Source: an uncultured Pseudomonadales bacterium (GTDB lineage: Bacteria > Pseudomonadota > Gammaproteobacteria > Pseudomonadales > Litorivicinaceae). Taken from it: a stretch of 64,000 nucleotides of DNA. This document shows positions 1 through 9,762 of this stretch, in pieces; within the stretch, counting starts at the first letter, position 1, and the number at the start of each line of letters is the position of its first letter. Under the pieces are notes generated by a model, which was not told the origin of the DNA, searched no databases, and was given only the letters and a program-made list of their open reading frames with translations. The translations under genes and the position numbers were made by a program. The stretch is taken from NCBI GenBank assembly GCA_964628665.1, contig CAZVNX010000007.1, positions 13,073-77,072 of the forward strand, written 5' to 3'.

Positions 1-2640
1 GCGCTCGTTCTCGAGAATCAGATGAAGGTATTGCTCATCTCCGATCCAACCACGGATAAAGCCGCCGCGTCACTGGATGTGTATGTCGGCTCCAATGACG
101 ATCCCGAAGCATTCCCAGGACTCGCGCATTTTTTGGAACACATGCTGTTTCTTGGCACAGATCGATATCCAGAAGCGGGCGAGTACCAGCAATTTATTTC
201 CACCCAGGGTGGGAGCCACAATGCCTACACAGCGCCGGAGCACACCAACTATTTCTTCGATGTGGACCCCAAGGGTCTAGAGGGTACGCTCGATCGCTTT
301 AGTCGCTTTTTTGTTGCCCCCACGCTCGATCCAGCCTACGTCGACCGTGAGGTCAATGCGGTCCACTCTGAATACCAGTCAAAGCTCAAAGATGAGGCCC
401 GCCGGAGTTTTGAAGCCACCAAGCAAGGCCTCAACCCGAAGCACCCCTTCTCGCAATTTCGTGCCGGCAATCTGCAATCGTTGCAAAAGCCTGGACTACT
501 GGATGCATTAAAGCGCTTTTACGTCGATGAATATTCCGCAGACCGCATGGCGCTCGTGGTGCTTGGCGAAGAGAGCCTCGATACACTTGAAGCCATGGTA
601 CGAAGCCGATTCAGCGAGGTGCCAAACCGAAATCTAGGCCCTGGCTATCTGAATTTGCCATTGTTTGATGTCAAACGCCTACCGCTTGTTGTGCAATCAC
701 GGCCTGTGTCTGAGTCACGACGGATGACATTGATGTTCCCCGTTCCAGACACCGATGCGTTCGCAGGACAAGCGCCATTGCGCTACGTCGGGCATTTACT
801 TGGTCACGAGGGCGAAGGGAGTTTGCTTGCCTATCTCAAAGCAGAGGGGCTCGCGAATGCCCTGAGTGCAGGTGAAAGTCTCGGGATGACTGAAAGCCGT
901 TCGTTTGCCATCAGTGTCAGCCTGACAGCACAGGGTTTTACCGAGCGCGATCGCGTGATTCAAGCAATCTTCAACACCATCCGAACATTGGAGGCCAATG
1001 GCATCGATGCATGGCGTTTTGATGAACTCAAAACCATGGCTGAGGCCAACTTCCGCTTTGCTGAAGAGTCCTCACCACAGGGTTTAGTGACACAGTTAGC
1101 GGACCTGATGCACACCGTGCCTGCCAGTGAGCTCTTCACGCGTGGCCGGTTGTATACACAGTTTGACGGCGATCTCGTCCGCGATGTGCTCACCTGGTTG
1201 GTACCAGAGCAGATGTTGTTACGTGTCACTGCGCCCGAAGTGGATACCGATGCGGTCACGACACACTATCCGACCGAGATTCGGGTCTTTTCTCTGCCAG
1301 ACGATCGGCTGAGCACGTTCCAGATGGCGCGCCAAACCACAAGTTCCGTCGTGACCATGCCGTCCCCGAATCCGTTCATTAGAACGCCCAGCGAGCCTCT
1401 CGAAGCGAGCCGTGTGGCGACCTCGGAGACCCGCCCACGTTTGATTCGAAGCGATAACCAGGTCCTCGCCTACGTATTACCTGAATCCCGTTTCAGCCAA
1501 CCAAAAACTGACCTGTATGTGCGATTAAGAACCCCCTTGGCCTCAAACTCAGCCGAAGCAAAGCTGATGGCAGATTTACTCGCTGCAGCAATCAACGAAA
1601 CCTTCAGTACATTGAGCTACGACGCCGCACTCGCGGGCGCTGGATTTGCAGCACAGGCCACGCAATCAGGCATCACGCTTGAGTTTTCTGGATATCACAC
1701 CGCATTGCTGCCACTGATCGATGCTGTCATGGCGCGGTTACCGATTCCGTTGATTGATGAAGGGACATGGACACGTCTTGCCACACTGAAATCACAGGAG
1801 CTGGCGGCACTCGACTCAACGCGTCCATTTAACCGGCTGTTTGATGAATTAACCGCTGGTTTGATGCCGCTTGCCTACCCAAAAACCGAACTCAAGGTCG
1901 CCATGGCCGACATCGATCGGACCGTTTTTCATCAATACCAGCAGGCGTTCTTCTCCGGTCTGAAAGCGGAAATCTTCCTGCATGGACCCGTTTCGATTGA
2001 CGAGGGCTCTGCCTTGGTCGAAGCAATCGCCTCGGCGTTACCACTGGACGCTGACAGCACCGACGTTGTCCCAGGTACAGCTCCGTGGACGCAAGCCCGT
2101 GATCTCACATTCAGCTATCCCCATCCGGACGAAGCCGCTGTCGTAGCCTTTGTCGATTCAGACGATTCAGCAAGTAGTCGCATCCTCAATCAGCTGGCTG
2201 GCAACCTCATCGAAGCACCGTTTTACACCGCGCTGCGGACTGAGCGTCAACTGGGTTACATCACCTTCGCAACCGCATTCCCCTTGGTCAACACGCCCAT
2301 TCTAGCGGGCGCGATTCAGTCACCGGTCGCAGGACCACAGGCGCTAGTTGACGCGATGCGCGGAGAATTTGACGCCTTTGCTGAGCAGGTTGCCATAATG
2401 CCGGCCGCACAGTTTGACGCTGCGAAAAAGTCGCTGATCAATGAGCTGTACAATCCGCCGCAAACGCAAGCTGAGCTGTCTTCGGCCATCTGGCAGGCGA
2501 TTGGTCTAATGCGGCCATTCAACGACCGCGTCGTGCAAGCGATGACCCTTGAGCAGCTCACTCAGGAGCAGTTTGTCGACTACCTTAAACAGCGGCTCCA
2601 AAACCCGATTGTGTTGCAGGCATCGAGGCAAGGCGGCTAA
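1..2640 (+). CDS. M16-family (insulinase/pitrilysin-like) zinc metallopeptidase, 5' end cut by the window edge
   Basis: The frame is open from nt 1 (ALVLENQ precedes the tracked Met at 22). Inverted zinc motif HFLEH (HxxEH) with a downstream Glu in NAYTAPEHTNY. About 870 aa, the size of protease III-type enzymes. Confidence 0.85.
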   Translation, partial: ALVLENQMKVLLISDPTTDKAAASLDVYVGSNDDPEAFPGLAHFLEHMLFLGTDRYPEAGEYQQFISTQGGSHNAYTAPEHTNYFFDVDPKGLEGTLDRFSRFFVAPTLDPAYVDREVNAVHSEYQSKLKDEARRSFEATKQGLNPKHPFSQFRAGNLQSLQKPGLLDALKRFYVDEYSADRMALVVLGEESLDTLEAMVRSRFSEVPNRNLGPGYLNLPLFDVKRLPLVVQSRPVSESRRMTLMFPVPDTDAFAGQAPLRYVGHLLGHEGEGSLLAYLKAEGLANALSAGESLGMTESRSFAISVSLTAQGFTERDRVIQAIFNTIRTLEANGIDAWRFDELKTMAEANFRFAEESSPQGLVTQLADLMHTVPASELFTRGRLYTQFDGDLVRDVLTWLVPEQMLLRVTAPEVDTDAVTTHYPTEIRVFSLPDDRLSTFQMARQTTSSVVTMPSPNPFIRTPSEPLEASRVATSETRPRLIRSDNQVLAYVLPESRFSQPKTDLYVRLRTPLASNSAEAKLMADLLAAAINETFSTLSYDAALAGAGFAAQATQSGITLEFSGYHTALLPLIDAVMARLPIPLIDEGTWTRLATLKSQELAALDSTRPFNRLFDELTAGLMPLAYPKTELKVAMADIDRTVFHQYQQAFFSGLKAEIFLHGPVSIDEGSALVEAIASALPLDADSTDVVPGTAPWTQARDLTFSYPHPDEAAVVAFVDSDDSASSRILNQLAGNLIEAPFYTALRTERQLGYITFATAFPLVNTPILAGAIQSPVAGPQALVDAMRGEFDAFAEQVAIMPAAQFDAAKKSLINELYNPPQTQAELSSAIWQAIGLMRPFNDRVVQAMTLEQLTQEQFVDYLKQRLQNPIVLQASRQGG

Positions 2641-4237
2641 CCGCTGCCTCAATCGCCAACGACCGCTCACCAAAACGGTCTTCGGGCGCCACCAAACCGT
2701 CGAGGTCGGTGGCCTTCAGGGCCCTCATGATATTTTCGCTCATGCCAGCGAGCATGACGTTGCGTTGACGGGCTTTGGAATCCTCAATCATTTCAGTCAA
2801 CGTCAAAGCGGCAGACAGATCGACGTGTGTCACCAAGGAGAAATCAATGATTAAGACTGCGTGATCACTAAATTGCGAAAAATGCCGTGCAATGCCGCGC
2901 GACAAGCCGTAACTCATGAATCCATCCAACTGATAGACCAAAATCTTCCCTTCAGCCTGCTGTAATTGTGATTCTTCAGCTTCGCTTAGGTTTCTCAGTT
3001 CTTGCGACGACGCACCCATTTTGAGATTTTCGAGCTGCAACTCACTGAACCGGTACAGGGTCTCGAGATTGGCCACGAAGACGCCAATTGCAACAGCAGT
3101 GATCAGATCGACCGTCACTGTGATGACAAACACCACCAGCATCAAAGCGCTGGCGAATACCGGAACGCGATGGAGGCGTTTGAGAAAACCCCAGTCGATG
3201 ATGTCAAAGCCAGTCTTCAACAAAATACCCGCGAGCACCGCCAACGGGATGGCTTCACCCAAGGGTGCCGCTCCAAGCATTAAGACCGCAAGCAACACGC
3301 TGTGTAACATGCCACTGACACGTGTCCGTCCGCCGAGGCGAATATTCACAAGGGTGCGCATTGTGGCACCGGCACCGGGCAGTCCGCCGATAAGGCCGGC
3401 AACACAGTTACCGATGCCCTGACCGATCAACTCGCGATCCGAATCATGTTGCGTACGGGTGAGGTTATCGGCAACCAAGGAGGTCAAGAGTGAATCGATG
3501 GACCCCAAAGCCGCCAACAAAAACGCAGAACCCACAATCGTTGGCAACAATTCAACTGCGATGTAAGGCATGTGCAGACTCGGTAATCCACGCGGGATTT
3601 CACCAATCCGCTCAACGCCCTCAAAGGGCGTACCTAACGAAAACAGTGCAAATGCGATGAGTGCAATCAACGGCGCTGGAAGCACCTGAAATCGATTCGG
3701 CCAAACAAATAAGAGCACCAATGTGCCCAACCCAAGGAAGGCCGCATCCCATGACAGCTGTGTGAGAGTTAACGGTAGGGCCAACAAGGCCGATAGTGGG
3801 CTTGAGTAGTGATCGCCGCCGATCAGCGGGCCAATTTCTAACAGAATAATGATCACGCCGATACCGCTCATAAACCCCGAGACCACGGGGAACGGCACCA
3901 TGACAAAGTAACGACCGAGTTTGAGCTTTCCGGCAAGAATCTGTAAGAGACCCGCCAAGATGACTGTGGTGAATGCAATGGCAAGCCCATTGTCGGGGTC
4001 GGCTGCAATCGTCTGCATCAGGATCGCAGCCATCACGACCGTCATCGGGCCGGTCGGCCCTGATACCTGACTGGGTGTACCACCGAAGAGAGCAGCAAAA
4101 AAGCCCACTGCGATCGCGCCGTATAAACCCGCCGCTGCCCCAGCACCCGAAGCCACGCCGAAGGCCAAGGCCAATGGCAATGCAACGACAGCCGCCGTCA
4201 GACCACCAAAAAAATCACCACGTGAAATGACGCTCAT
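2585..4237 (-). CDS. SulP-family anion transporter with C-terminal STAS domain
   Basis: 550 aa. N-terminal GGLTAAVVALPLALAFGVASG region and many hydrophobic segments typical of SulP. C-terminal STAS-like segment (ILVYQLDGFMSYG...VLIIDFSLVTHVDLSA). The 3' end overlaps the converging peptidase gene by 56 nt. Confidence 0.9.
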   Translation of the reverse strand: MSVISRGDFFGGLTAAVVALPLALAFGVASGAGAAAGLYGAIAVGFFAALFGGTPSQVSGPTGPMTVVMAAILMQTIAADPDNGLAIAFTTVILAGLLQILAGKLKLGRYFVMVPFPVVSGFMSGIGVIIILLEIGPLIGGDHYSSPLSALLALPLTLTQLSWDAAFLGLGTLVLLFVWPNRFQVLPAPLIALIAFALFSLGTPFEGVERIGEIPRGLPSLHMPYIAVELLPTIVGSAFLLAALGSIDSLLTSLVADNLTRTQHDSDRELIGQGIGNCVAGLIGGLPGAGATMRTLVNIRLGGRTRVSGMLHSVLLAVLMLGAAPLGEAIPLAVLAGILLKTGFDIIDWGFLKRLHRVPVFASALMLVVFVITVTVDLITAVAIGVFVANLETLYRFSELQLENLKMGASSQELRNLSEAEESQLQQAEGKILVYQLDGFMSYGLSRGIARHFSQFSDHAVLIIDFSLVTHVDLSAALTLTEMIEDSKARQRNVMLAGMSENIMRALKATDLDGLVAPEDRFGERSLAIEAAVSRLASMPATQSGFGAAV

Positions 4238-4252
4238 TAGAATTTACGCCTC

Positions 4253-5704
4253 TTATATCGGAGGCTGATTATCCAACCAGGCAGCGAAGCGCTGCAATTG
4301 TTCAATATGATGAGATTCCAATGACTCTTGACTCATCAGCACGAGCTCTTCTTGCAGCTTTGCCAGTGTCAAACCGTTCGAGCCCTCACCAAGAAGTTTC
4401 TGCCGCCGCACCAATTGCCAGCGACGCCATTCAGCCGGTGAGAGGCTGTGAGGGAAATTCCGCGCACGATACCGGAATACCAATTCCGGATACCGCGGAT
4501 CCTCGAAGTTGGGGAGCCATGTTTTCAACGCCTCTGGATCCATCAAAGGCGCCTGCTCGAGTTGTTCACGATCAAAGTGCGATAAGAAATCACCACCATA
4601 CAACGCATCATCGACATCCGAAGCCGGCGCCTGTGGTGGCTCTTCCAAAGCCTGCCGCGCGAGCTGATACAACTGTTTAAACGCTGGGGATTCCTGAATA
4701 TGATGCCAGGTCTCAAGATGCGCCTGTTGCTGTTCACGATCACGACCGAAATCCGCCATCCGCGCTTCCACGGAAGGCTCCAGTGTATCCCGACGAAACA
4801 GCATCGGTTGCGCATTAATCCGTACGGTTTGCACACCAATACGGCGCAACTCTGCGCGCCGTGCATCGGCTGTCAGTTGGGCATCCAGGACCTGCGATAA
4901 GCCAGCCAATACCTGCTCTGGGTCCTGGTCTAAATCGAAGGCAATGTAGTCGTTGGATTTCTCAGCCAAGCGAAACGGGATCCATAGATCGCGGGTATAA
5001 CCGCGTTCCCATCCAGCAAATGGCGTGACCTCTAAGAGCCCGTGATGACGCCCTTCTGCACGGATCAGGTCAGTGACCTGGTGTTTATCAATCCGCTTTA
5101 AGCACTCGGCAAAAAAATCGGCGTCATGGTGCGCCAAGCGATGTGCCAGGCGCGCCGTCACCGCCACATCCGCACTGGCGTCATGCGCGTGTTTGAGCCC
5201 CACATCCAGTTGATTCAGCGGGCCAATTCGGTCCAGCTTAAATCGGGGACGACCGTCCTGGTCCTCTGGCCAAATAATGACCTCAGGCCGAAATACGTAA
5301 AAGGCCAAGACCACCGGATACAGATCAAATCGACCACGCCCATCGGCATACTGCCAACGATACGGATCGCGCAAACACCGATAAAACACATGTTGGGTAA
5401 ACTTGTCGTCAAAGTGACGCGAGTTGTAGCCGGCGATCAAGGTTTTGGGCGCCATCAAACCATCTAAGCGCTGCGCCAACTCTGCCTCTGATATTCCCTC
5501 ACGCTGATGCACATCTGGGGTGATCTGATGCACAAGCATCGCACCTGGCGAGGGCAAAACATCATCAGGCAATCGAATCAATACCGACTCCGCATCGGCA
5601 ACTGGCTCCATGCCCGGATCGGTATATTGCCACCCAAGTTGGATTGGGCGATCTGCCGCCGCATTGCGTCCTGAGGTTTCATAGTCATACCAGAGAAATT
5701 GCAC
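4253..5704 (-). CDS. sbcB: Exodeoxyribonuclease I
   Basis: 483 aa. DEDDh exonuclease motifs FLWYDYETSG, GYNSRHFDD and HDASADV. C-terminal FRYRARNFP resembles E. coli ExoI as I recall it. Confidence 0.9.
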   Translation of the reverse strand: MQFLWYDYETSGRNAAADRPIQLGWQYTDPGMEPVADAESVLIRLPDDVLPSPGAMLVHQITPDVHQREGISEAELAQRLDGLMAPKTLIAGYNSRHFDDKFTQHVFYRCLRDPYRWQYADGRGRFDLYPVVLAFYVFRPEVIIWPEDQDGRPRFKLDRIGPLNQLDVGLKHAHDASADVAVTARLAHRLAHHDADFFAECLKRIDKHQVTDLIRAEGRHHGLLEVTPFAGWERGYTRDLWIPFRLAEKSNDYIAFDLDQDPEQVLAGLSQVLDAQLTADARRAELRRIGVQTVRINAQPMLFRRDTLEPSVEARMADFGRDREQQQAHLETWHHIQESPAFKQLYQLARQALEEPPQAPASDVDDALYGGDFLSHFDREQLEQAPLMDPEALKTWLPNFEDPRYPELVFRYRARNFPHSLSPAEWRRWQLVRRQKLLGEGSNGLTLAKLQEELVLMSQESLESHHIEQLQRFAAWLDNQPPI

Positions 5705-5707
5705 GAC

Positions 5708-5959
5708 CTATCGCTCGGGTAGCGTCACGTTCAATTCAAGCACCGATGCGTCGCCGGCTCGATCAAGCCGGATGCTGACTTGATCATCGGACACGGCCAC
5801 ATATTTTTTGACGACCTGCAAGATCTCGCGTTGAAGATCTGGCAAAAAGTCAGGGCCACTTCGGTTGTGGCGCTCATGTGAGATCAAGATTTGCAGCCGC
5901 TCTTTGGCCGCCGAAGCAGAGCTCGGTTTTTTCGATCCAAATAAGCCAAATAACGCCAT
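5708..5959 (-). CDS. minE: Cell division topological specificity factor MinE
   Basis: 83 aa with N-terminus MALFGLFGSKK. Its start codon shares one nt with the minD stop (TGATG junction at 5957-5961). Confidence 0.9.
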   Translation of the reverse strand: MALFGLFGSKKPSSASAAKERLQILISHERHNRSGPDFLPDLQREILQVVKKYVAVSDDQVSIRLDRAGDASVLELNVTLPER

Positions 5960-6774
5960 CAGTCGTTCCCTCCCAACATGCGCTTCAAGAACCCTTGCTT
6001 TTTCGGGGTTAAGAATTTCATCGGCCGTGTTTCACCGAGGAACCGCGCCACGGCATCGGCGTAGGCGACACCTGCGTCCGACTCTTGATCAAAAATCACT
6101 GGAACACCGGTATTCGATGCCTTCAGTACAGCCTTGGACTCCGGAATCACACCCATCAAATCAACTGCCAAAATATCGCAGACATCCTCATGTGACAGCA
6201 TTTCACCCTGCTCCACGCGGATCGGGTCGTAGCGTGTGATCAACAAATGTTCGGTGACACGATCGCCTGCTTTGGCGCGTTTCGATTTGGATTGCAAAAT
6301 CCCGAGAATCCTGTCGGAATCGCGCACAGACGAGACCTCAGGATTGGTCACGATAATGGCATGATCGGCAAAATGGAGCGCCATAGTTGCGCCGCGCTCG
6401 ATGCCCGCCGGTGAATCGCACACAATGTATTCAAAACCCATGTCGCTGAGCGCTTGAATCACTGTTTCCACACCCTCTTCGCTCAACGCATCTTTATCTT
6501 TTGTCTGACTGGCGGCAAGGATCGACAAGTTTTCGATCCGCTTGTCTTGAATCAGTGCCTGATTGAGCGTGGCTTCACCCTGAATCACATTCACAAAGTC
6601 AAAGACCACACGGCGCTCAACGCCCATGATCAAATCCAAATTACGCAGCCCCACGTCGAAGTCGATGACGACGGTTTTGTGGCCAGCCTGCGCGAGGCCT
6701 GCGGCAAATGCCGCTGAAGATGTGGTCTTACCGACCCCGCCCTTCCCTGAAGTTACGGTCACAACAATGGCCAA
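5959..6774 (-). CDS. minD: Septum site-determining ATPase MinD
   Basis: Deviant Walker A VTSGKGGVGKTT. Start trimmed to TTG at 6774 (L-AIVVTVTSGKGG), which has GGAG 8 nt upstream and lies just after the minC stop at 6788. The longer tracked ORF would overlap minC. Confidence 0.93.
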   Translation of the reverse strand: MAIVVTVTSGKGGVGKTTSSAAFAAGLAQAGHKTVVIDFDVGLRNLDLIMGVERRVVFDFVNVIQGEATLNQALIQDKRIENLSILAASQTKDKDALSEEGVETVIQALSDMGFEYIVCDSPAGIERGATMALHFADHAIIVTNPEVSSVRDSDRILGILQSKSKRAKAGDRVTEHLLITRYDPIRVEQGEMLSHEDVCDILAVDLMGVIPESKAVLKASNTGVPVIFDQESDAGVAYADAVARFLGETRPMKFLTPKKQGFLKRMLGGND

Positions 6775-6787
6775 GCTAATTTCTCCT

Positions 6788-7489
6788 TTACGATAAAATG
6801 GAATACGTAAGCGCATTTCCGGTGGGGTCGAGCCCCACTCGGACTGTAGCAGAGTGGTAGTCCGCTGCAATTTGCTCTGATCCGACGTACAAACCCGCGA
6901 CAGAGACTAGCTCTGGCTCGAACTGCTGACAAAAGATGCAGGCGTCTGAGCGCCCGCTGACACCGGCCGCGACGCGCCCGCGCAGGCGACCATACACGTG
7001 GACATGACCATCGGCCATAATCTCGGCACCCTCACTGACCTGGCCAAGCACCACCAGATCACGATCTCTGGCATAGATTTGTACACCAGACCGAATCGGC
7101 CCCTGCACAATCATGGCTGGCTCGGCGGTCAATGGAACCTCCTGAGGCACAGTGGCCGCCACGGATTCGGTGACTTGCGTCAGGTTGTTGGCAGACAGCC
7201 AAGGCAAGCCCAAGCGATCCGCAGTCGCACGGTGACTCGGATCTCCAGTGAGTCCGATCAGATCAATCTCGAGATGATCCATGGCCTTCACAGCCTGCTC
7301 GATTGCCTCAGGCCCTATCTCTAAGGCGGGCATTAATACCAAGCCGATTTCTTGCATCAAGGCAGGGGCGCGCTGACATTGACCAGCAAGCCAGTCAGCA
7401 AGATCGGCGTGTGCCGCTGGCCACTCGAGCGTCATGAGGCTGTAACGGTTCGCCCGAATGCGCGGTTCTTGATTTGATTTGTCACTCAA
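6788..7489 (-). CDS. minC: Septum site-determining protein MinC
   Basis: 233 aa directly upstream of minD-minE. C-terminal beta-helical repeat region (GPIRSGVQIYARDRDLVVLGQVSEGAEIMADGHVHVYG). Confidence 0.85.
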   Translation of the reverse strand: MSDKSNQEPRIRANRYSLMTLEWPAAHADLADWLAGQCQRAPALMQEIGLVLMPALEIGPEAIEQAVKAMDHLEIDLIGLTGDPSHRATADRLGLPWLSANNLTQVTESVAATVPQEVPLTAEPAMIVQGPIRSGVQIYARDRDLVVLGQVSEGAEIMADGHVHVYGRLRGRVAAGVSGRSDACIFCQQFEPELVSVAGLYVGSEQIAADYHSATVRVGLDPTGNALTYSILS

Positions 7490-7524
7490 CGGTTAAAATT
7501 CCTGTACGCAATTGTCAGTGTTAC

Positions 7525-7553
7525 TTGACGAAACAACTTTCGTTCTTTAATGT
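7525..7553 (+). promoter_or_regulatory. Putative sigma70 promoter of tRNA-fMet
   Basis: TTGACG (7525-7530), 17-nt spacer, TAATGT (7548-7553), then a GC-rich discriminator ACGCGCC, about 12 nt before the tRNA 5' end. Confidence 0.45.
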
Positions 7554-7565
7554 ACGCGCCTCGAT

Positions 7566-7642
<77 letters not shown>

Positions 7643-7732
7643 CTTTCTCAAACAGACGCCAAAGCGGCTGCAAAGAAAGTGGATTCATCATCGAGATCAA
7701 ACACCCAGTGACTTCCAAAATTCGATACACAA

Positions 7733-8068
7733 TCATGGTGTCATCTCCGTGATGTGTTGATCGATCGCCTGAACCAGCCGAACCAGTTCTGCGTCGACAA
7801 CTCGACCGGACGCATGCAGCATGTCGATATAGGGTGCAATGGCGCAACTTTCTGGAAGGGGGTCGCCTTGTTCGATCAATTCACGCATCCGGCCCAAGAA
7901 AATAAACTGAAGCCAAGCCTCAATTTCCAGAGTGTCATAGCAAAAAGGCAAGGTGCTCGCTAAGGCCTCCGCAGAGGGTCGGGTCTCCGACCAGCGACCG
8001 ATTTCACGCAAGCGGAACTCAAGTGCATTCAGGTGCTCCACGACCGCAGCACGTGATGTTTCAATCAA
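7733..8068 (-). CDS. YqcC-like protein (DUF446), function unknown
   Basis: 111 aa. PFCYDTLEIEAWLQFIFLGRM...PLPESCAIAPY aligns with the conserved core of E. coli YqcC as recalled. The start overlaps the upstream ParA-like stop by 4 nt. Confidence 0.8.
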   Translation of the reverse strand: MIETSRAAVVEHLNALEFRLREIGRWSETRPSAEALASTLPFCYDTLEIEAWLQFIFLGRMRELIEQGDPLPESCAIAPYIDMLHASGRVVDAELVRLVQAIDQHITEMTP

Positions 8069-8829
8069 ACCGACGCCTCAAGCTCTTCAAGTAGCGCAAC
8101 AAACTCGCGACTCAGACGATGCGATCGATTCAAATGGATCAAAGGTTTGGACCGCTCATGTGACTCACGCATGATCACACTGGATGACAGCGTCGTCTGA
8201 CTCACAGGAAGTCCGTCCGCTCGTAAGCCATTAATCAACGCGTGAGGGACCTTACCGCGCGCAGGAACCTGATTAGGGACGATCGCCTCAAGGACCAAAC
8301 TCGCGTTGTGATCCGCTTGGATTTCTTGAATGGTCTCTAACAATTGATACAAGGCGTGCTTGGAAAACGTATCGCAATCAAAAGGAACGAGGACACGATC
8401 GGCTGCAATCAGCGCTGAACGTGAAAAGAAATTCAGCGCAGGCGGGGTATCGATGTATACCCGATCAAACTCTGTGAGCTCCACCAACGCTTCTTTGAGC
8501 TTATACATCTTGTAGCGACTTTCGAGCTTGTGCTCGAGTTCGAGCAGGCCGCGCCCTGAGGGCATGATCGAAAGATCTGCGTAGGGCGTTTGGTGGATCA
8601 AATCTGTCACTGAGTCACGCGAATACAACGAAAGATGATTTTGAAAAAATTGCTCAACCCCCGGCAACGACTCCGCCGACTCACCCATGAGGTACTGCGT
8701 ACTATTCCCCTGGACGTCGAGATCGATCAGGAGTGTTTTCAGTCCGCGTTGGGCACTCGCAGCTGCCATATTTACAGCAATGCTGGATTTCCCAACGCCC
8801 CCTTTTTGGTTAAACACCACCCGACGCAT
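8065..8829 (-). CDS. Orphan ParA/MinD-family P-loop ATPase
   Basis: 254 aa. Deviant Walker A FNQKGGVGKSS, Walker B-like LLIDLD and YIDTPP. Soj-like length. AGGAG upstream of the ATG. Confidence 0.85.
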   Translation of the reverse strand: MRRVVFNQKGGVGKSSIAVNMAAASAQRGLKTLLIDLDVQGNSTQYLMGESAESLPGVEQFFQNHLSLYSRDSVTDLIHQTPYADLSIMPSGRGLLELEHKLESRYKMYKLKEALVELTEFDRVYIDTPPALNFFSRSALIAADRVLVPFDCDTFSKHALYQLLETIQEIQADHNASLVLEAIVPNQVPARGKVPHALINGLRADGLPVSQTTLSSSVIMRESHERSKPLIHLNRSHRLSREFVALLEELEASV

Positions 8830-8835
8830 ACCTGC

Positions 8836-9762
8836 CTACTCCTGTGGTTGTAATGCGAGATTGACGCGACCGTCGAGATCGATCAGACGCTGCGTCAGCT
8901 GGCGACGGCTGGCATCAACTGCCTGCAGTAACTCACCCTGGCTCGCGACCTCGGCTCGAACGCGCTCCATTTGCTCTGACAACAACTCAACACCGAGCAT
9001 GTTCGAGCTACTTGCCGCCAACGTATTGGTCTCCGCTTCCAACGCCTTCAGCCCAGCATCAAGCGCACTCAGTTGTGAGGTCAATTCAGTCGCACGCACC
9101 TCAGACTGAGCCGTGGCCTCTGACAAGGTCCGCACCTCTGTGACAAGGGATGCCAATTGTTCTGCGAATGCCTGGACCTGAGCGCGCTGTCCAACCAAGT
9201 CATCGACGCGAGTCCGTTGGCTGTTCAGCTGTTCAGCCAACAACGCCATCTGCTCCTCAGATTGAGCGGCTAGACTCGACACCGAGCGTTCGAGTGTGGG
9301 AACGGTTTTGGCCAACTGTGCGACGGTTTGATTCAGCGTCGCCTGCGCTTTTTTAAAGCTGGTCAGCTCCTCAGTCACTTGCGCCTGCAATCGTTTTTCC
9401 AGTGCCGCCAAACTCTGGCGCATTTGCGCGTCCGATTGTGCAAGTTCCCCAATCCCTTTGGATTGCGATTGATTAAGTCGGTTGATCGTCTCTTCAAGCA
9501 AAGCCGCCTGCTCTTGGGATTTCGTCAACGCGGCCTGGTACCGACCGGCCTCTTCCAAACCAAAAAATGCCATCCCAAACGAAGCCGCCAGACTGATCAA
9601 TACAAGTAACCAAAGAAGCCAGGGCGAGCGCGCAGCAGGCCTTGGCTGCGGCGAAGATGGCGCGGACGGTGCCGCAGCAGGCGCCAATGGAGCCTCGACG
9701 ACGGTCGGATTCAATGCGGCTGCGCCGGTGTCGTCACCAAATTGCGGTTCTTTACGTGTCAT
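8836..9762 (-). CDS. Membrane-anchored coiled-coil protein, unknown family
   Basis: The ORF is open to 9795 (TTG). ATG at 9762 is preferred (GGAAGA 4-5 nt upstream). Basic/Pro-Ala-rich N-terminal tail, one TM helix (LLWLLVLISLAASFGMAFFGL), then about 240 aa of Q/A/L/E/S-rich heptad-like sequence. Confidence 0.65.
   Translation of the reverse strand: MTRKEPQFGDDTGAAALNPTVVEAPLAPAAAPSAPSSPQPRPAARSPWLLWLLVLISLAASFGMAFFGLEEAGRYQAALTKSQEQAALLEETINRLNQSQSKGIGELAQSDAQMRQSLAALEKRLQAQVTEELTSFKKAQATLNQTVAQLAKTVPTLERSVSSLAAQSEEQMALLAEQLNSQRTRVDDLVGQRAQVQAFAEQLASLVTEVRTLSEATAQSEVRATELTSQLSALDAGLKALEAETNTLAASSSNMLGVELLSEQMERVRAEVASQGELLQAVDASRRQLTQRLIDLDGRVNLALQPQE

Noticed and set aside
7643-7732. Possible integration hotspot or genomic island downstream of tRNA-fMet.
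   Set aside because: Only 90 nt separate the tRNA from the next conserved gene. There is no integrase and no direct repeat of the tRNA 3' end that I could see. The flanking genes are core.
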